A DNA stretch of 64,000 nt from Candidatus Nanohaloarchaea archaeon. GTDB taxonomy: Archaea > Nanohalarchaeota > Nanosalinia > Nanosalinales > Nanosalinaceae. The notes under the pieces are model-generated. The model made no database searches, was not told the origin of the DNA, and saw only the letters and a program-made list of their open reading frames with translations. Every line of letters begins with the position of its first letter. Within the stretch, counting starts at the first letter, position 1. The stretch is taken from NCBI GenBank assembly GCA_041639695.1, contig JBEQBQ010000001.1, positions 31,634-95,633 on the forward strand, given 5' to 3'. Positions 27,722 to 38,009 of this stretch are shown piece by piece. Both the position numbers and the translations under genes were made by a program.

Positions 27722-28699
27722 CTAGTTTACCGTGTTCTCACGGCTTCTTATATTTTCCAGTGTCGTGTCAGCAATCCTTTGCATAGCCTCTTTACTGTTG
27801 AAAGCGTTATGTGGGGTTATGATGACATCGTCCCTCTTCATCAAAATATGGTCCTCGAGAATCAGTTTAGGATCACATTCGTCCTCAAGATCGCCCATTA
27901 CCTCGATATCGTCCTCAACATAGCATTCTTCTTCAAGAACGTCAAGACCTGCCGCACCAATATTATCATTTTCTAATGCCTTAATCAAGGCTTCTGTATC
28001 CACAAGTTCTCCTCTAGCCGTGTTAACAAGTAAAGAACCGTCCATCAACTCAAACTCATCTTTTGAAAGAAGATGGTGGTTTTCATCGGTTAAAGGGCAG
28101 TGAAGCGTTACAATATCAGCTTTTTGCAGTAAATCTTCTGTACTGACGTACATAAAACCTAGTTCCTCTGCCACGTCATCCTTCGGGTAAGGATCCGATG
28201 CGATCACGTTCATATCAAAGCCGTTCGCGATACGGATAACGTTCTGGCCTATAGTGCCGGTACCTATCACGCCCAAGGTTTTGCCTTTCAGATCAAACCC
28301 TTTCAAACCGGAATGGTCGAACTCACCTTCCTCGACCGTTTCAACTGCCTCAGGTATCTTTCTCGACAGTGAAAGAATGAGTCCGAACGTATGTTCTGCT
28401 ACAGTGGTTCCGCCGTACGCCGGAACGTTACATACATCAATTCCTTCCTCTGAAGCCTTCTCAAGGTCCACATGGTCGAAGCCTGTAGAACGACAGCACA
28501 CAAGGTCTGCGTCTAGTTTTTCAAGAACATTCGAGTTTAGATCTGAGGACACAAAAACAGCTACAGCATCAAAACCTTCTGCTTTTTCCACATTATTTTC
28601 GTTAAGCGATTCCTCGAAGAACTCGACTTCAAAGTTCAATTCTTTGTCTGAAAGATACTCTTTCTCCCATTTCTCGGCGTCGAACCATGCGACCTTCAT
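27722..28699 (-). CDS. D-lactate/D-2-hydroxyacid dehydrogenase
   Basis: RSTGFDHVD, VAEHT, GTGTIG, LHCPLT, NTARG, LDVLEEE, TPHNAF. Confidence 0.92.
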   Translation of the reverse strand: MKVAWFDAEKWEKEYLSDKELNFEVEFFEESLNENNVEKAEGFDAVAVFVSSDLNSNVLEKLDADLVCCRSTGFDHVDLEKASEEGIDVCNVPAYGGTTVAEHTFGLILSLSRKIPEAVETVEEGEFDHSGLKGFDLKGKTLGVIGTGTIGQNVIRIANGFDMNVIASDPYPKDDVAEELGFMYVSTEDLLQKADIVTLHCPLTDENHHLLSKDEFELMDGSLLVNTARGELVDTEALIKALENDNIGAAGLDVLEEECYVEDDIEVMGDLEDECDPKLILEDHILMKRDDVIITPHNAFNSKEAMQRIADTTLENIRSRENTVN

Positions 28700-28750
28700 A
28701 TATTCTGGAAGGGCAGGGCTTGAATAAAAACATCAGCCAAAAATTTCTGT

Positions 28751-29098
28751 GTGGAAAAAACCAGTATAAAATCGGAGAAAGAAGAGTTCGAAGTTGAAAC
28801 AGCCCGTTCGTTCCTTTCGAAAAGCTGGGGCTTAAGCCTCAGAACCAAGGGAAAAATGCTCTTCGTATTCAATAGAGATACTAGAGCGAAAGTTGATATG
28901 ATGCTTCTCTCAAACCCTCTCCACCTATACTTCCTGGATTCCGATAAGAAAGTGATAGAGGTTCAGAAGGCGGAGCCGTGGAGCCTTGATCCTAGAACGT
29001 GGAAGCTCTACTCTCCTGATAAAAAGTACAGGTACCTGCTTGAATCATTTGAAAGGCTTGAAATCCGGGAAGGCGAAACTCTGGAGTTCGAGGTTTAA
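28751..29098 (+). CDS. DUF192 family protein
   Basis: ARSFLSKSWGL, MLFVF, FLDSDKKV, YLLE. Confidence 0.75.
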   Translation: MEKTSIKSEKEEFEVETARSFLSKSWGLSLRTKGKMLFVFNRDTRAKVDMMLLSNPLHLYFLDSDKKVIEVQKAEPWSLDPRTWKLYSPDKKYRYLLESFERLEIREGETLEFEV

Positions 29099-29123
29099 AG
29101 CTTTCAACCACAAATACTCGATT

Positions 29124-29804
29124 ATGGAACTTACAAAATTCTGTCCGCGGTGCGGAAAAAAGACAGACAATCTTTACGGTGAGAAGCAGAAGCTCTGTCC
29201 TGAATGTTATCCGGACAAGAATGATCTTCTGGAGATCCCGGACGTTGTCGCTCTTCATATCTGTTCGACCTGTGGACGGATGAGGAAACACGGCGAATGG
29301 GTCGAAGAATACACGCTTGAAGACCAGTTAGCTGCACGTTTCGAAGAATTTTCAGATGAAGAAGTTGATATGGAGCTTCAGTACTGGGAGGAGGACGACA
29401 AAATGTTCGTAAGAGTCCACGCGTTTAAAGGAGAGATACAAGATCATTACGACACGGAGCTAAGAACCGAAAAACACCAGTGCCCTACTTGTTCACAGTT
29501 CGAAGGCGGTTTCTACAAGGTGAAGATGCAGCTTAGAGGAGACGCGGATCTAGACCGTGTTTCAAACCAGATGGCGGATGTAGCCGCGGAAACCACGAAC
29601 GAGGACAGAAAACACTTTCTCTCAAACATCGACAGGATGGATCACGGCTTTGACTTCTATCTCTCGACAGAGAAAATTGCGAAAGAACTTCTTGACTCCA
29701 TTAAAGCCAAGCATGATCCTGAGGTAAAGAGAAGCTATGAATTGATCGGAGAGGAAGACGGACAAGAGGTTTACAGGAACGTTATCTCGGTCCGGATAGA
29801 TTGA
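29124..29804 (+). CDS. NMD3-like ribosome biogenesis protein
   Basis: FCPRCG, LCPEC, CSTCG, CPTCS, KMQLRG, YRNVISVR; start reassigned to ATG 29124. Confidence 0.85.
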   Translation: MELTKFCPRCGKKTDNLYGEKQKLCPECYPDKNDLLEIPDVVALHICSTCGRMRKHGEWVEEYTLEDQLAARFEEFSDEEVDMELQYWEEDDKMFVRVHAFKGEIQDHYDTELRTEKHQCPTCSQFEGGFYKVKMQLRGDADLDRVSNQMADVAAETTNEDRKHFLSNIDRMDHGFDFYLSTEKIAKELLDSIKAKHDPEVKRSYELIGEEDGQEVYRNVISVRID

Positions 29805-29853
29805 TTGACTTGCTTGCGTTGGAATTATTAAGGAGGAAGTTTAGATTTCGGTT

Positions 29854-30821
29854 ATGGAATCAGAGCTAAAAGAAATCTTTGATGATGAGGAGAAGGCCGA
29901 GAAGCTATCCAGAGTCCTGGATAAAGAGGTTGAACGCCGGGTCGAGGAAAAAATTAACGGCCAGAGGAGGAAAAAGAAAGTTAAACAAACTGAAGAATTT
30001 TCTCGAAGATCTTTCCTGAAAAAGGTCGGTGCTGGCGCTGCGGGTATCGGAGCGATGGGATTGGCTTCGGCATCTGGACTAAAACTGACCGAAAGCGGCG
30101 TGTCAGGAATATCGGGTTTTAATATATCGGATTCTGGGTCAGATTATTTCAGGGTTAAAGATGGAGGTCCTGTGGAGGTTCTAAATGCTGGTTTAAGGAT
30201 TCCGACAGGCAAAAGCATTCAGGATGGGGGTGGCGGCGACAGACTAAACATCCTTTCAAATGGCACCTTCCTCTACGACGAATCCGGGCAAACAAAATTC
30301 GGGACACAGGATGGCTCTTATACAAGAATATACGCGGATTCTAGCCAACCATTTTACATAAGAGATCAGGAAGGAGGTTTCGATGCAGTTGAATACTCCA
30401 CGTCATCTTCTAAACCTGGAACTTTCAAGCTATCTAATTCAGTGCTGAAAACAGGGAAAGCGGCTTTAGGCTCCTTTCAAACCGATATTGTACAGGACTC
30501 GGATGGCGGCCAGACAAGGATGGAGCAGTTTGAAGACACTGTTTCTCAGACTGATGTGGAAATTGCTAGCGGGTTTGAAGGTTCTTTCGTAGTTGTGTCT
30601 GGCAGATCAAACGACGGAGGGGGCGGTATCCATTTACGGACTTAGTTCTAATGACTTGGAATAATACCTCTGCGACAACTCACTCTGTGGTGGCGCAGAC
30701 AGGTAGGAATTCGCCTGCCGCCAGAAACTACAGCTCTGACACAGGATCTCTCGAACTTAATATGGCTTCGGGAACCTACAGGGTGCGAGCAGCTTCAATT
30801 GTACTAACTGTCGGAGGATAA
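29854..30821 (+). pseudogene. Twin-arginine signal protein with tail-fibre-like beta repeats; apparent -1 frameshift near 30619-30624
   Basis: SRRSFLKKVGAGAAG motif; ORF stops at 30645 but a protein-like frame (RYPFTDLV...MASGTYRV...VGG*) continues to TAA at 30821 across a G-run. Confidence 0.62.
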
Positions 30822-30883
30822 CCGAATTTAGGTAAGGGTTGAAAGACGCTCTATTTTAAAAATCAGGGCTTTAATTAGTAGAT

Positions 30884-31195
30884 ATGCCCGAAGACGAGGA
30901 AGAAGGAGTTGGACGTGTACGTGAACCGGAAGGAAAAGAAGTGCTAGGAATCGTCCTCAGAAAAGAAGGTGGCGGAAAGTACCGCGTATACTGTACAGAC
31001 GGCGAAGAAAGAATCTGCAGAATCCCGGGAAGCAGAAAAAGAGCTGTCTGGGTTAAAAGAGATACTGTAGTACTTGTTGAACCTTGGAAGGTTCAGGGCG
31101 ACGAAAAAGGAGATATTGTACAGAGCTACTCTCAGGCCGAGACCGACTGGCTGGAAGATCATGATTACTTGGATGAAATCTCTGAGTTCCTCTAA
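30884..31195 (+). CDS. eif1a: Translation initiation factor aIF-1A
   Basis: CTDGEERICRIPG, VWVKRD, VEPWKVQGDEKGDI. Confidence 0.93.
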   Translation: MPEDEEEGVGRVREPEGKEVLGIVLRKEGGGKYRVYCTDGEERICRIPGSRKRAVWVKRDTVVLVEPWKVQGDEKGDIVQSYSQAETDWLEDHDYLDEISEFL

Positions 31196-31258
31196 ATCTA
31201 TCGTTTCGAGGATTGACAAAGGTTTAATTAAGGCGTTTTATAATTTTTTAATGTCTGA

Positions 31259-31804
31259 ATGAGAAAGATGAAAGGTTTGAGAGCCGATTATCTCGTATTT
31301 CTGATTGTACATCTAATTACGTCGGTTCTACTTGGTTTAATGATTGCGATCAACGGTGGCGGCTACTTATGCGCGTTTGGTTCGATGGCTGGTTGCGGAC
31401 CAAGCTTCCCGGTAGAGCTCTTGTTGTCCATCGGAGGGGCCGGTATCTTTTCAGGCGTATTTATAGGCGTAATTTTTCTCACGTATGGTTTATATCAGAG
31501 GCTCTCAGATCGCCGTAGCTTCGAATCTAGGCAGTTCCTAACGATTTTTCTAATCTCGGCGATGATTGCGGGTGGTTCGGCCGGTTTAGGCCTCTTCTTG
31601 GAGGAACGCGATAAAAGACAGGCCAAGATTGAAGAATGTGTTAACATAGTACAGGCGAAATATCAGGTAAAGGAAAGTCCTGTCCGTGTATCTGATCGAT
31701 GTATAGAGCCGTTGAGACAGGTAACTGGGAATCAAGATCTGGCAAGTGAGGATCGTCTGCGTTACACCAAAGACGGTATAGAGGTCGTTAATCCGGGCGG
31801 TTAA
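31259..31804 (+). CDS. Hypothetical three-TM membrane protein
   Basis: Hydrophobic segments with a Cys-pair loop. Confidence 0.6.
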   Translation: MRKMKGLRADYLVFLIVHLITSVLLGLMIAINGGGYLCAFGSMAGCGPSFPVELLLSIGGAGIFSGVFIGVIFLTYGLYQRLSDRRSFESRQFLTIFLISAMIAGGSAGLGLFLEERDKRQAKIEECVNIVQAKYQVKESPVRVSDRCIEPLRQVTGNQDLASEDRLRYTKDGIEVVNPGG

Positions 31805-31830
31805 ATAAGTCCGCCGTCCTGTAAAAACAC

Positions 31831-32595
31831 ATGGCCGAGGATCCACGTGACTTCGAGGAACGCTGGAGAGAAAAGTCAAGGCAGATGTTCGACTCCTCGG
31901 AGGCGAAAAAAGCCTTCCAGAACGTCTTCGATCACTCCACATCAAAGGCTTTGCTGAAGCTAGCGGATAGAAACGTTGTTGACAAGGTGTATGGAACTAT
32001 TGAGGCGGGTAAGGAATCTGCTGTTTTTCTAGCGGACACGCCTGAGGGCGACAGGGTACTTCTGAAAATTTACATGGCGCAGGCAGGCGGATTTAGGAAC
32101 ATGAAAGACTATCTTAGAGGCGACAAGCGCTTCAGGAATGTAAAAGATGATAGAAGATCGATTATCTACGAGTGGACTAAGAAGGAGTTCAGGAATCTGA
32201 AGAAAACCGAGAAAATTACTAATGTCCCTGAACCGATCTCTGTAGAAAAGAATATTCTGGCTATGGAGTTTCTAGGAGAAGATTTCTCGCCTTACCCGAA
32301 GCTGAAAGATGTAGAGATTGAAAACCCGGAAGAAGGATATCAACAGATGCTTGATAGGATTGAAAGGCTTTGGAACGAGGCTAACCTGGTTCACGGCGAC
32401 TTATCTGAGTATAATGTTCTGGTAGATCGGGAAGGTAACAGTTACTGGATCGACTTTTCCCAGGGCGTGCATTTCACTCATCCTGAGGCCGAAGAACTGT
32501 TGAAGCGGGATATCGAGAATATCGCGAACTTCTTTGAGAAACAGGGGGCCGACCTCGAACCCCGGAACGACTGGAAGCGGATTATTTCTAACTGA
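31831..32595 (+). CDS. rio1: RIO1 serine/threonine kinase
   Basis: GKESAVF, KEFRNL, LVHGDLSEYNVL, IDFSQGV. Confidence 0.93.
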   Translation: MAEDPRDFEERWREKSRQMFDSSEAKKAFQNVFDHSTSKALLKLADRNVVDKVYGTIEAGKESAVFLADTPEGDRVLLKIYMAQAGGFRNMKDYLRGDKRFRNVKDDRRSIIYEWTKKEFRNLKKTEKITNVPEPISVEKNILAMEFLGEDFSPYPKLKDVEIENPEEGYQQMLDRIERLWNEANLVHGDLSEYNVLVDREGNSYWIDFSQGVHFTHPEAEELLKRDIENIANFFEKQGADLEPRNDWKRIISN

Positions 32596-32654
32596 GACGG
32601 CCTGAATCCCGAGTTTAACCTATAAAAAGGTTGGAGACGTCAAACTTCATAGGG

Positions 32655-33158
32655 ATGAGAGAGGTTCGTATACCGGAGGAACGAGTCGCCATACTTATTG
32701 GAGAAGGCGGAGAAACCAAGGAAGATATAGAGGACATGACTTCCTGCGACCTTGAGGTAAAAGATAACCTTGCAACTATAGATGGTGAACCTCTCGACGA
32801 AATGGATGCGGTCAACGTAGTAAAGGCTATTGGAAGAGGTTTCAACCCTGAAAAGGCTTTGAAGCTCGTTGAAAAAGACAAGGTTCTGCATCTGATTGAT
32901 ATAAAGAACTATGCGGAGACACAGAACTCTCAGGAACGTTTAAAAGGAAGAGTTATTGGAAGAGATGGTGAGACAAGAAGACATCTCGAGAAAGAAGGCA
33001 ACGTTGAGATATCGGTCTACGGTAAAACCGTAGGTATCATCGGTGTTGCACAAAACATCCAGATCGTTTCTGAAGTGATTAACCAGCTTCTTAACGGAAG
33101 AAGTCACAGCTCCGCCTACAACTACTTGGAGAAAAACCAGTCTAAGATCAAAAGATAA
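32655..33158 (+). CDS. KH-domain RNA-processing protein (Dim2/Pno1)
   Basis: RVAILIGEGG, KAIGRGFNPE, KGRVIGRDG; start ATG 32655. Confidence 0.9.
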   Translation: MREVRIPEERVAILIGEGGETKEDIEDMTSCDLEVKDNLATIDGEPLDEMDAVNVVKAIGRGFNPEKALKLVEKDKVLHLIDIKNYAETQNSQERLKGRVIGRDGETRRHLEKEGNVEISVYGKTVGIIGVAQNIQIVSEVINQLLNGRSHSSAYNYLEKNQSKIKR

Positions 33159-33186
33159 ACAAATAATTTCAGAGGAAGATTATACT

Positions 33187-34782
33187 ATGCCAAACAGCCT
33201 AGACGAACAGTCGATGGAGGAAACCGGAGGAGACCACCGCGAAATTTCCGTGGCGGAATTCTTCGAGAAAAACAAACACCTCCTAGGATTCGAAAACGCA
33301 CAGAAATCGATTATCACAGTTGTGAAGGAGGCTGTCGACAACTCGCTGGACGCATGCGAGGAAGACGAAATCCTTCCCGAAATACAGGTCTTGATCGACG
33401 AATACGACGATAAGAAATGTCGTGTTGAGATCAGGGACAACGCAATCGGGCTTGACCGAGAAACAATACCTAAAGTATTCGGAAAACTTCTCTACGGTTC
33501 GAAGTTCCACAAGCTTCAACAGAGTAGAGGCCAGCAGGGAATCGGGATCTCCGCATCCGCGATGTATGCGCAGCTAACGACAGGAGAGCCTGTAACCGTT
33601 TACTCGAAGCAGGAAGGCGAGCCATGCCACAAGTTCGTTGTAAGAATTGATACGGAGAAGAACGAACCGGAAATTATCGAGGACGAGGTAATTGAACCTG
33701 ATACGGACGAGTTTCCTAGAGATCAGGATTACTACTTCGATCACGGTACGACGATCGAGATGAAGGTAGAGGCCAAGTACACGAAAGGCCACCACTCAAT
33801 CAGGAACTACCTAAAACACACAGCCATCATGAACCCTTACGCAAGAATTGTACTGCGTGAGCCTGATGGAAACAAGATAGAATATCCGAGAGTTTCGAAA
33901 GAGCTTCCTGAAAAACCTAAGGAGATCAAGCCACACCTTCACGGTGTAGAACTCGGTGTGGTACTGAGGATGGTTGACAACTCGGACGCAAGAACCGTCT
34001 CCTCATTTTTACAGAACGAGTTTACCCGTGTCGGGAGAACAAGCGCCGACAACATATGTGAAGAAGCTGATATCGATGAAGGCCGAAGACCTAACACTTT
34101 AGACAAGGAAGAGGTCGAAGACCTATTGAAGGCAGCTGAAAACGTTAAGCTTCAGTCCCCGCCTACAGACTGCCTCTCACCTATTGGAGAAGATCTCACA
34201 CTAAAAGGCTTGAAGAAGGAGCTCAATCCCGAGTTCACGACAGCTATTACCAGAAAACCGACTGTATACAAAGGAAATCCTTTCCAGATAGAAGTAGGAA
34301 TCGCTTACGGCGGAGATATTGAGGACGAAGGAAGCTACGAAGAACTTAGATACGCGAACAAAGTACCGCTTCTGTACAAGAAATCCGCTTGTGTAACCAC
34401 CAAAGCTATCGAGGAGGTTTCCTGGAACCGCTACAACGTTTCCCAGACAGGTAACCGTCCGCAAGGACCGGTATACATCCTTGTGCACATCGCCTCTGTA
34501 TGGGTTCCGTTCACATCCGAAGGAAAGGAAGCTATCGCGAACTACGATCCTATCAGGAAAGAAATGAAACTGGCTCTGCAGGAAGCAGGAAGAAAGCTTG
34601 GCCGTTACATCGGAAGAAAGGAAAGAAAAGAGATCCAGGAAAAGAAGAAGCGGAAGCTTACATCTTATGCAAAGGAGATGGCTCCTGCGATCGCAGAACT
34701 TGCTGAAGCCGGGGACGCGGACGAGCTTGAAAACCAGATACAGCAGCTTGTAGAAGCTGACTACAACCCGGAACAGCTTTAG
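33187..34782 (+). CDS. top6B: DNA topoisomerase VI subunit B
   Basis: ISVAEFFEKNKHLLGF, KEAVDNSLDACE, SRGQQGIGIS, RYANKVPLLY. Confidence 0.97.
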   Translation: MPNSLDEQSMEETGGDHREISVAEFFEKNKHLLGFENAQKSIITVVKEAVDNSLDACEEDEILPEIQVLIDEYDDKKCRVEIRDNAIGLDRETIPKVFGKLLYGSKFHKLQQSRGQQGIGISASAMYAQLTTGEPVTVYSKQEGEPCHKFVVRIDTEKNEPEIIEDEVIEPDTDEFPRDQDYYFDHGTTIEMKVEAKYTKGHHSIRNYLKHTAIMNPYARIVLREPDGNKIEYPRVSKELPEKPKEIKPHLHGVELGVVLRMVDNSDARTVSSFLQNEFTRVGRTSADNICEEADIDEGRRPNTLDKEEVEDLLKAAENVKLQSPPTDCLSPIGEDLTLKGLKKELNPEFTTAITRKPTVYKGNPFQIEVGIAYGGDIEDEGSYEELRYANKVPLLYKKSACVTTKAIEEVSWNRYNVSQTGNRPQGPVYILVHIASVWVPFTSEGKEAIANYDPIRKEMKLALQEAGRKLGRYIGRKERKEIQEKKKRKLTSYAKEMAPAIAELAEAGDADELENQIQQLVEADYNPEQL

Positions 34783-34792
34783 GTGATCTAGA

Positions 34793-35923
34793 ATGCCAAA
34801 GAAAGACTTAGAGAACGACGAAGGAACACTTGACAGGTTAAAACACCTGGGTAAAACCCTGAAAAACCAGCTAGGCGACCCTGATTCAGATAACCTTACG
34901 ATAGAGACAAAGGTGCGTTCAAGATCGAACGTCCACTACGACGAGGATGAGGAAAGACTTGAACTAGGAGAATCTTATTCTGAAAGAAAGTTCCTCAACA
35001 TTTCACATGCGAGGAAGTTCATGCAGACCACTCTGGTTGCGAACAAGACGAAAGAGCTTGTTGAAAGCGGAAGAACAGCATCAATCAGAGAGGTCTACTA
35101 CCAACTGAAGCACTCAGTTCCAGGACTGGATGAGAACACGTTCGAGGACCAGGACGAGTCCAACAACGTTGTTGTCGACATCGAAACAGCTACAGGAGCA
35201 ATCAGAGAAGACCTACACCTTTTCGCAGAACCGAAAGGAACACTGTTCGGACCTGTCGTAATCAACGACTCCGGAGACAGTATCGACTGCATGAACATGG
35301 GAACATCAGGTCTCTCAATTCCTTCGATCGTAGACCATTACGAATTCGAGGAATGCAACGCAGACTTTCTCTTGGTTGTTGAGACCGCGGCGATGGTTAA
35401 CAGACTGGTCGAGGAAGACTTCCACAAGGAGCAGAACGCAATCATCCTCGGTACAGGAGGTCAGCCTGCCAGAGGAGCAAGAAGACTCATCAACATCATG
35501 CACAACAGACTGGATCTACCGGTCTACGTCTTTACCGACGGCGACCCATGGGGATACTACATCTACTCAGTCCTGAAATCAGGATCCATGAGTCTTGCGT
35601 TCCAGTCCGACAGACTCGCTACGCCGGACGCGAAGCTCATCGGTATGACCATGGAAGACATCGACGAATACGGATTGGAACACGTTACCGAGGACCTGAA
35701 AGGGAAGCCAGACGATAACGGCGGTCCGACAAAGGACTACAAGCGTATCCACGATGTCATGGACTACGAATGGATGCAGACAGAGCAGTGGCAGAAACAG
35801 TTCCAGAAGATGCTTGATAAAGGAGTCAGGGTTGAGCAGCAGGCTCTCGCAGCCAACAGCCTTGAGTTCGTTGCGAACGAGTACCTGCCTCAGAAGATCG
35901 AGAACAAGAACTTCCTCGATTAG
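34793..35923 (+). CDS. top6A: DNA topoisomerase VI subunit A
   Basis: SIREVYY, VVET, GGQPARGAR, FTDGDPWG, EQQAL. Confidence 0.97.
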   Translation: MPKKDLENDEGTLDRLKHLGKTLKNQLGDPDSDNLTIETKVRSRSNVHYDEDEERLELGESYSERKFLNISHARKFMQTTLVANKTKELVESGRTASIREVYYQLKHSVPGLDENTFEDQDESNNVVVDIETATGAIREDLHLFAEPKGTLFGPVVINDSGDSIDCMNMGTSGLSIPSIVDHYEFEECNADFLLVVETAAMVNRLVEEDFHKEQNAIILGTGGQPARGARRLINIMHNRLDLPVYVFTDGDPWGYYIYSVLKSGSMSLAFQSDRLATPDAKLIGMTMEDIDEYGLEHVTEDLKGKPDDNGGPTKDYKRIHDVMDYEWMQTEQWQKQFQKMLDKGVRVEQQALAANSLEFVANEYLPQKIENKNFLD

Positions 35924-35949
35924 ACTAGCTAAGCCCGGTTTAATGCCGG

Positions 35950-35975
35950 CACTTTCTTTTCTCACTCTTTTTCTA
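35950..35975 (+). terminator. Putative T-rich archaeal terminator after top6A
   Basis: CACTTTCTTTTCTCACTCTTTTTCT. Confidence 0.4.
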
Positions 35976-36014
35976 CCGTAGGTATTTCAAAATTGTCTCC
36001 GGAAACTTTTTTTT

Positions 36015-37805
36015 ATGAAGAGGACGCACCGCTGCGGAGAACTCAGAGAGACAGATGTTGGAGAAAAAGCCGAGATAGTAGGATGGATCCACAGGATCCG
36101 GGACCACGGAGGAAAAAGATTCGTAGACCTTAGAGATAGAAACGGACTGGTCCAGACCGTTATGGAAGAAGATATAACCAATAATTTCGAGGACGCAGCG
36201 GATCTAGGAAGAGAATACGTAGTAAAGATCGAAGGAGAGGTCAGAGAAAGACCTGACGAAATGATAAACGAAGAGCTCGACACCGGGAAAGTTGAAATCG
36301 GTGTAGAAAGCTTCGAAGTTGTCAGCGACTCCGAAGTACCTCCTTTCTCACTTGACGAGGAGAAACACAGCGAGATAAGCGAAGAGGTCAGGATGGAGCA
36401 CCGCTACCTCGACATGAGAAGACAAAGTGTCGCAGATACGATCCAGAAAAGACATGAGTTCGTACAATCCGTAAGAAATACCTTAAACAACAGCGAATTC
36501 CTTGAAGTCGAGACACCTGAACTAACGAAATCTTCGCCTGAAGGAGCAAGAGACTTCATCGTTCCATCAAGAAACGAGCCAGGAAACTTCTACGCACTAC
36601 CACAAAGCCCTCAGCTATTCAAACAGCTGTTAATGGTTGGAGGAGTCGAAAGATACTACCAGCTGGCTAAATGCTTTAGAGACGAGGACACAAGAAAGGA
36701 CAGACAGCCAGAATTCACACAGATCGATATAGAAGTCTCCTTCATGGACCAAGAAGACTTCCTTTCGTTGATGGAAAAAACTGTTTCTAATGCGGCCAAG
36801 GAAGCGTTCGATGTAGACCTTGAGACTCCTGTCGACAGGATTACATGGCAGGAAGCCATGGACAAGTACGGAACAGACAGACCGGACAGAAGGTACGGAA
36901 TGGAGCTCCACGAGTTCTCCTCCACAGTAAAAGACTCCGACTTCAACGTCTTCTCCAACACTGTAGAAGAAGGCGGGGTTGTCAAAGGATTCAAGCTTGA
37001 AGGAAAAGCCGAAGACATCTCCAACAGAGGAATGGACGAATTTGAAGAAGTTGTAACTGAAGAAGGTGTTGGAGGACTTGTCTGGATCAAAATCGAGGAA
37101 GACGGCTACAACTCGCCTGTAGGAAAGTACATCGAGGACGAATACCTCGACCACTTCAAAGAAGAGCTTGGAGCTGAAGAAGGCGATGTAATCTTCATCG
37201 TTGCGGACGAGAGAAGAACTGCAAACGAAGCACTCGGCTCTCTTAGAAGACATCTTGGCGAAAAATACGAGATGGCTGGCGACGAATACGACATGCTGTG
37301 GGTTGTCGACTTCCCATTATTCGGTTATGAGGACGGAGACTTCGACTACGAACACCACCCGTTCACGATGCCGCAGGACCGAGAAAAAGTCGAGAACATG
37401 GACTTTGACGAAGTAACTGAGGAAGAACTTCTCGAGCTTGAAGCAGACGCATACGATCTTGTATTGAACGGTTTCGAGATCGGAGGCGGATCAAAACGTA
37501 TCCACGACCTGGATCTACAGAGAAAAGTCTTCGACCTGATTGGATTAGAAGATGAAGAGGTTGAGGAAAGATTCGGATGGTTCCTCGAAGCTTTCAAGTA
37601 CGGTGCACCACCTCACAGAGGTCTCGCATTCGGTCTTGAAAGAATCCTGATGATTCTGCAGGGAGAGCCAAACATTAGAGAGGTTATTCCGTTCCCGAAG
37701 AGCAAGACAGGGAAAGATCACTTGACAGGTGCTCCGGCAGAACCGAGAGACAACCAGTTAGAAGGTCTAGGACTTGAGGTAAAAGAAGAGTTCCAGGAGG
37801 ATTAA
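36015..37805 (+). CDS. aspS: Aspartate-tRNA ligase, bacterial type (GAD insertion domain)
   Basis: MKRTHRCGELR, ALPQSPQLFKQLLMVGG, CFRDED..KDRQPEFTQID, GAPPHRGLAFG; 596 aa. Confidence 0.96.
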   Translation: MKRTHRCGELRETDVGEKAEIVGWIHRIRDHGGKRFVDLRDRNGLVQTVMEEDITNNFEDAADLGREYVVKIEGEVRERPDEMINEELDTGKVEIGVESFEVVSDSEVPPFSLDEEKHSEISEEVRMEHRYLDMRRQSVADTIQKRHEFVQSVRNTLNNSEFLEVETPELTKSSPEGARDFIVPSRNEPGNFYALPQSPQLFKQLLMVGGVERYYQLAKCFRDEDTRKDRQPEFTQIDIEVSFMDQEDFLSLMEKTVSNAAKEAFDVDLETPVDRITWQEAMDKYGTDRPDRRYGMELHEFSSTVKDSDFNVFSNTVEEGGVVKGFKLEGKAEDISNRGMDEFEEVVTEEGVGGLVWIKIEEDGYNSPVGKYIEDEYLDHFKEELGAEEGDVIFIVADERRTANEALGSLRRHLGEKYEMAGDEYDMLWVVDFPLFGYEDGDFDYEHHPFTMPQDREKVENMDFDEVTEEELLELEADAYDLVLNGFEIGGGSKRIHDLDLQRKVFDLIGLEDEEVEERFGWFLEAFKYGAPPHRGLAFGLERILMILQGEPNIREVIPFPKSKTGKDHLTGAPAEPRDNQLEGLGLEVKEEFQED

Positions 37806-38009
37806 GCCGCCAAACACTCCCTGTGACTGCAGAAAGTGCCGTTACAGACCTCATCCCCCTCAATTTCTTTACCGCAAAATATACACTCCTTCACTTTTTC
37901 TTCACCTTTGATCCAATAATGGTGTTACCGGGTTTATATCTGCTAGACAACCCCGAAGTAAGTCAACAAAGGTTGACGGTAAAAAGCTTTACCGGAAACA
38001 GGTATTTTC

